A stretch of 63,410 nucleotides of DNA, filler included, from Folioceros fuciformis (Eukaryota): the NCBI GenBank assembly GCA_049999805.1. It is 4 parts of 4 records of this genome, joined end to end, with 100 filler letters (N's around TTAATTAATTAA, not from the genome) between each part and the next. Parts side by side here need not be neighbours in the genome. Positions count along the whole stretch, not along the records: positions 57,204 to 63,410 come from JBNGIO010006017.1; 3 more parts are not named here. One strand, given 5' to 3'. Below, one piece after another: positions 60,278 through 63,410 of this stretch (position 1 is the stretch's first letter; each line of letters starts with the position of its first letter). The notes beneath the pieces were generated by a model. That model did not search any database and was not told the origin of the DNA. It saw only the letters and a program-made list of their open reading frames with translations. The position numbers and the translations under genes are program-made.

Positions 60278-63200
60278 ATATCAAGGATGCAAAATTTGGT
60301 AAAGGCAGAGTTACACTCGTGTCGAGAGTGTTGTTCAAAGTGCATCTTGGTTTTCTCGGGTTGCTTAATGCCCCGATATCGATCAAACTCCCAGGCAGTT
60401 GGGAACTTAGATGGGAAGAAGATTTGAGGGTTGAGGGTACGGTGCCTATGGAAGAGGATTTTAACAGTGTGGACTTAGGTAGTGTGACCCCACCAAATGG
60501 TCTCAACAGTCTGGCAGTAGAGGGTAGGGACTCTATCGGGGAGCTTCAGCAAAGAGGAGGTGCTCATCAATTAGCCAACCCCACAACTCAGCAAGACCTC
60601 TTAATTGTCCCCCAGGTAGCAGACCCGACAGGGTCTGAATCCCGAGCCATAACCTCAGGAGATCAACCGAAGGGTGGAATACATAAGGCAGTTGATAAGG
60701 TGGCCTTCCAGGGTGAGTTGAGACAAGCTCCTACGCAGGGGAGCCAAGGAAAGGGGTAGTCTACTAGGTCGGCTTTCCAAGGGGAGTTAGAACGGGGTGT
60801 CCAGAATCTCAAGGCAAGGAAGCTCACAAGTCTATCTGCTAGGATGGAGATGGGGACCACAATGAATGGTCGGAGTTTCCCAGGAGGTTAGCAAAGGTCA
60901 GGTGCCGAAGGAGAATCTCAGCAGTTTGCAGATCCAGGGGGTAGTTTGGCTCCCATGGCCCAGCAAGGTGGGGCGAAACTTCAATCAGCCGGAGTGCTAA
61001 CAATAGACAAGGAGTCCCAGGAAGGAGCCTCCGGGAGGTCGACGGAGGTGGGAGGTAGCGCAAGAAAGTCTGTCCCGGAGGGTTCCACCGCCCAGCCTCA
61101 GGAAACTTGTCAAACCGGCTCCAGAGGGATGGGATCAGGTATTAGTTCTTCCTCGATAAGGGAGGAGGAAGGGCTGGTTTTCTCGAGTGTTGCAGGAGGG
61201 GGAGTCCAATCGTGAGGACGAGGTGGTTAGGCAGGAGCACCTTCAGCCCGGGCGGATACAAAGAGGCTCTCAGAAGGACCCTGGCGAGTGTCAAGCTGGG
61301 GAATTCTCTGGTGTATTTTCTCCCCAAATTGGGGAAGAGCTGCTTGAGCACGGGCTCCATGCCTTCCCTATGGCACCAAATAGGATGGGTGGGCAGAGCA
61401 AAGGAAAAGCTAGGTCATGGCGGCGGTCCAGCCTGAAGTTGGGGTCAGGGCTGCAGTGCATCCTGGATAGTCTCTGCAACCGCCTGTGTGTCAGAACGCT
61501 GAGGTTGAGAGCCTCTCGTTGCTTCCCAACGGTGTCGATGCATGCACGGCTATGGTCTCGTTGCATGAACAGGAGGACGCACTAGGTAGTGCAAGGGAAG
61601 GCCTGCAAGTCGCGTCCTCCAGGGCTCTGAAGGCGAGCTAGGATCAAGGTGGAGTGTATTCGGGAGCCTGTGGACACCACAACGTAAGAACTCAGGGAGA
61701 TTTTGCGCTGGAGGGGCAAGCCAGGTCAGGATCATTGTCTTTTGTCGAGAGTGATGTAGGGTGTGTCCTTCCTCACCACAAAGTGTTGGTAGATCAGCTG
61801 GTGTCCACCGACGCAATCCTCCAGACAGGTTGCTGGCAGGGAGAGATGGCCCCCTCGGCTGGAATTATCTCCGCCAAGCTCCAGAATGAGCTTGCTGAAG
61901 TAGTCGGCCAGGACACCATGGCGGGAGCTTAGGCGGTGGATGCTGCTTGCGATCAAAGGGCGTGCTCTGAGGTGATGGATGTGTCGCAAGCAGGTAGATC
62001 GGTGGCAGAAGGGACTAAAAGATCCCTGGTTTTCGGCATGGAGCAGGAGGTGTGGGCGAGCTCGGTTGGTGCTCCAGGTTGTACAAAGGATTCTGGAGCC
62101 AAGCCGAGACGACCCTCCCACGATGGGTGCATGAAAGGCAAGGAGGTTGCGCCGATGAGTAGGGAGCCAGTGTAAGAGGATTCACGCGCTGAAGGTGGTG
62201 AAGCCTTGGGGATAATAGGAGTGTCGAGTATGAAACTGTCCTTCAAGGACAAAGCACCCCTGGAGGGGATTGGTTAGAGTGGAGTGGTAGCGGCGACTGG
62301 AGGCCTCCCAGTCAGGAACACAACACCTGATTCAGGCCCGGCTATCGAGGTTGGTGAATTGGGCTAACCCACTTCATGTGCTCCAACTTCGGTTCTAGGT
62401 GTCACCACGGTGGGAGGTCAGGCGGAGGCAAAGAGTTGAGAAGTGGTGATCATCCAGGAGATGCAGAACGTGCTAAGGACTGATGGCCGTGTGGCTGGAG
62501 AAACAAAGCTCGTCCTGGACGATGGGGTCGGGGTGGAGCAGTGGACTGGCACGGGAGGTAGGGCGGAGGAGGGCAATACCACTATTGCACTGATGGGGCC
62601 ATATTCCCAGACGCTGAGGCTTCCTGGTGCGGGGGCGGTGCCTTCTCCTTTTTCCCAGCAGGAGCTGGAGGCTGGAGATTTCTTAAGGACAGTGGGTGAG
62701 GGCCTGGGTTGGTGTCCAGAGGAGGTAGGTCAATAGGTTTGCGGGGGTAGGGGACTCATGGATGGAGCCTCCTAGGGAAGGGAGGTACTTGAGGACAGAT
62801 ATTCCCGTGCCACATCCAAGGAAGATGACATTGTAGAAGTGTATGCAGACGCCGACAGGGGAGGGGTCAAACAGCCACCTGCTGACAAGAGCTTGGAAGA
62901 GGAGGAGCCGATTACTGGCGGTGCCTTCCTATCGGACAACAAGACTGGAGCACCATCAGAGGATTTTCCGCAACGGCTGGGTTTGCAGGTTTCAGAGGTG
63001 TTGACGCCACCGGGTTCAAGCCGGGGGACAGGGCTTGGGTTGCTGTCAAGGGTGGTCGGCAAGGACGTGGGGAGGAAGACAACCTCAATTCTCCACGGGC
63101 AACACCCACTCGGCTCTTCGGCGCCATCGTCATCACTTGATCGTGAGCTGGCAATGGCTTCCAGAGACTTGGTGCAAGAACCAGATTCCGGTTCTGCTGT

Positions 63201-63410
63201 TGGATTGGTTCCGGATAGGAGTTTGGTCTAGGCTTCCACTACTGAACCAACAGCAATGGTTTCTGCTCAGGTTCCAAGCAAACACAAAAGTGCTGAGGTT
63301 TTTGTGGGGAAGAGAAACCGCATCTCGGAGGATTCAACATCAGGACTTAAGAGGCAAGACCAGATCGCTGTTGCCAAGGCCAGGAAAGCGTTGAATAGAG
63401 TGGTTCAACA
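60278..63410. other. GC-rich, fragmented coding-like sequence, probably a decayed TE-borne ORF; unassigned
   Basis: Many short Pro/Ser-rich frames and no domain I can recognise. Confidence 0.25.

Overview
Land-plant nuclear DNA, probably from a seed-free lineage (inferred from compact GC-rich genes, short introns and PLS-PPR style). Three artificial 100-nt spacers (N44-TTAATTAATTAA-N44 at 26897, 42251 and 57104) split it into four pieces, so adjacency across them is unproven. Piece 1 is gene-dense: an intronless RNA polymerase V largest subunit (NRPE1, WG/GW AGO-hook CTD plus DeCL domain), a convergent PLS-E+ PPR gene, prefoldin 6, a secreted alpha/beta-hydrolase, tRNA-Thr(CGT) and ER Hsp70-17, followed by a decayed LINE joined to an LTR/gag start. 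Piece 2 holds a duplicated RRS1 3' block, a PPR pseudogene, RRS1, and a predicted ~963-aa type I MADS-box gene whose MADS domain sits between two tandem-repeat arrays. Pieces 3 and 4 are nested, decayed Ty1/copia elements. Two of these carry antisense extra ORFs between RNase H and the PPT, one apparently spliced and with an AT-hook. The strongest novelty candidates are the repeat-flanked MADS protein, the intronless NRPE1 (intact NADFDGD, 189-aa clamp insertion) and the copia antisense genes. All homology calls come from motif recognition by eye, not from database searches.
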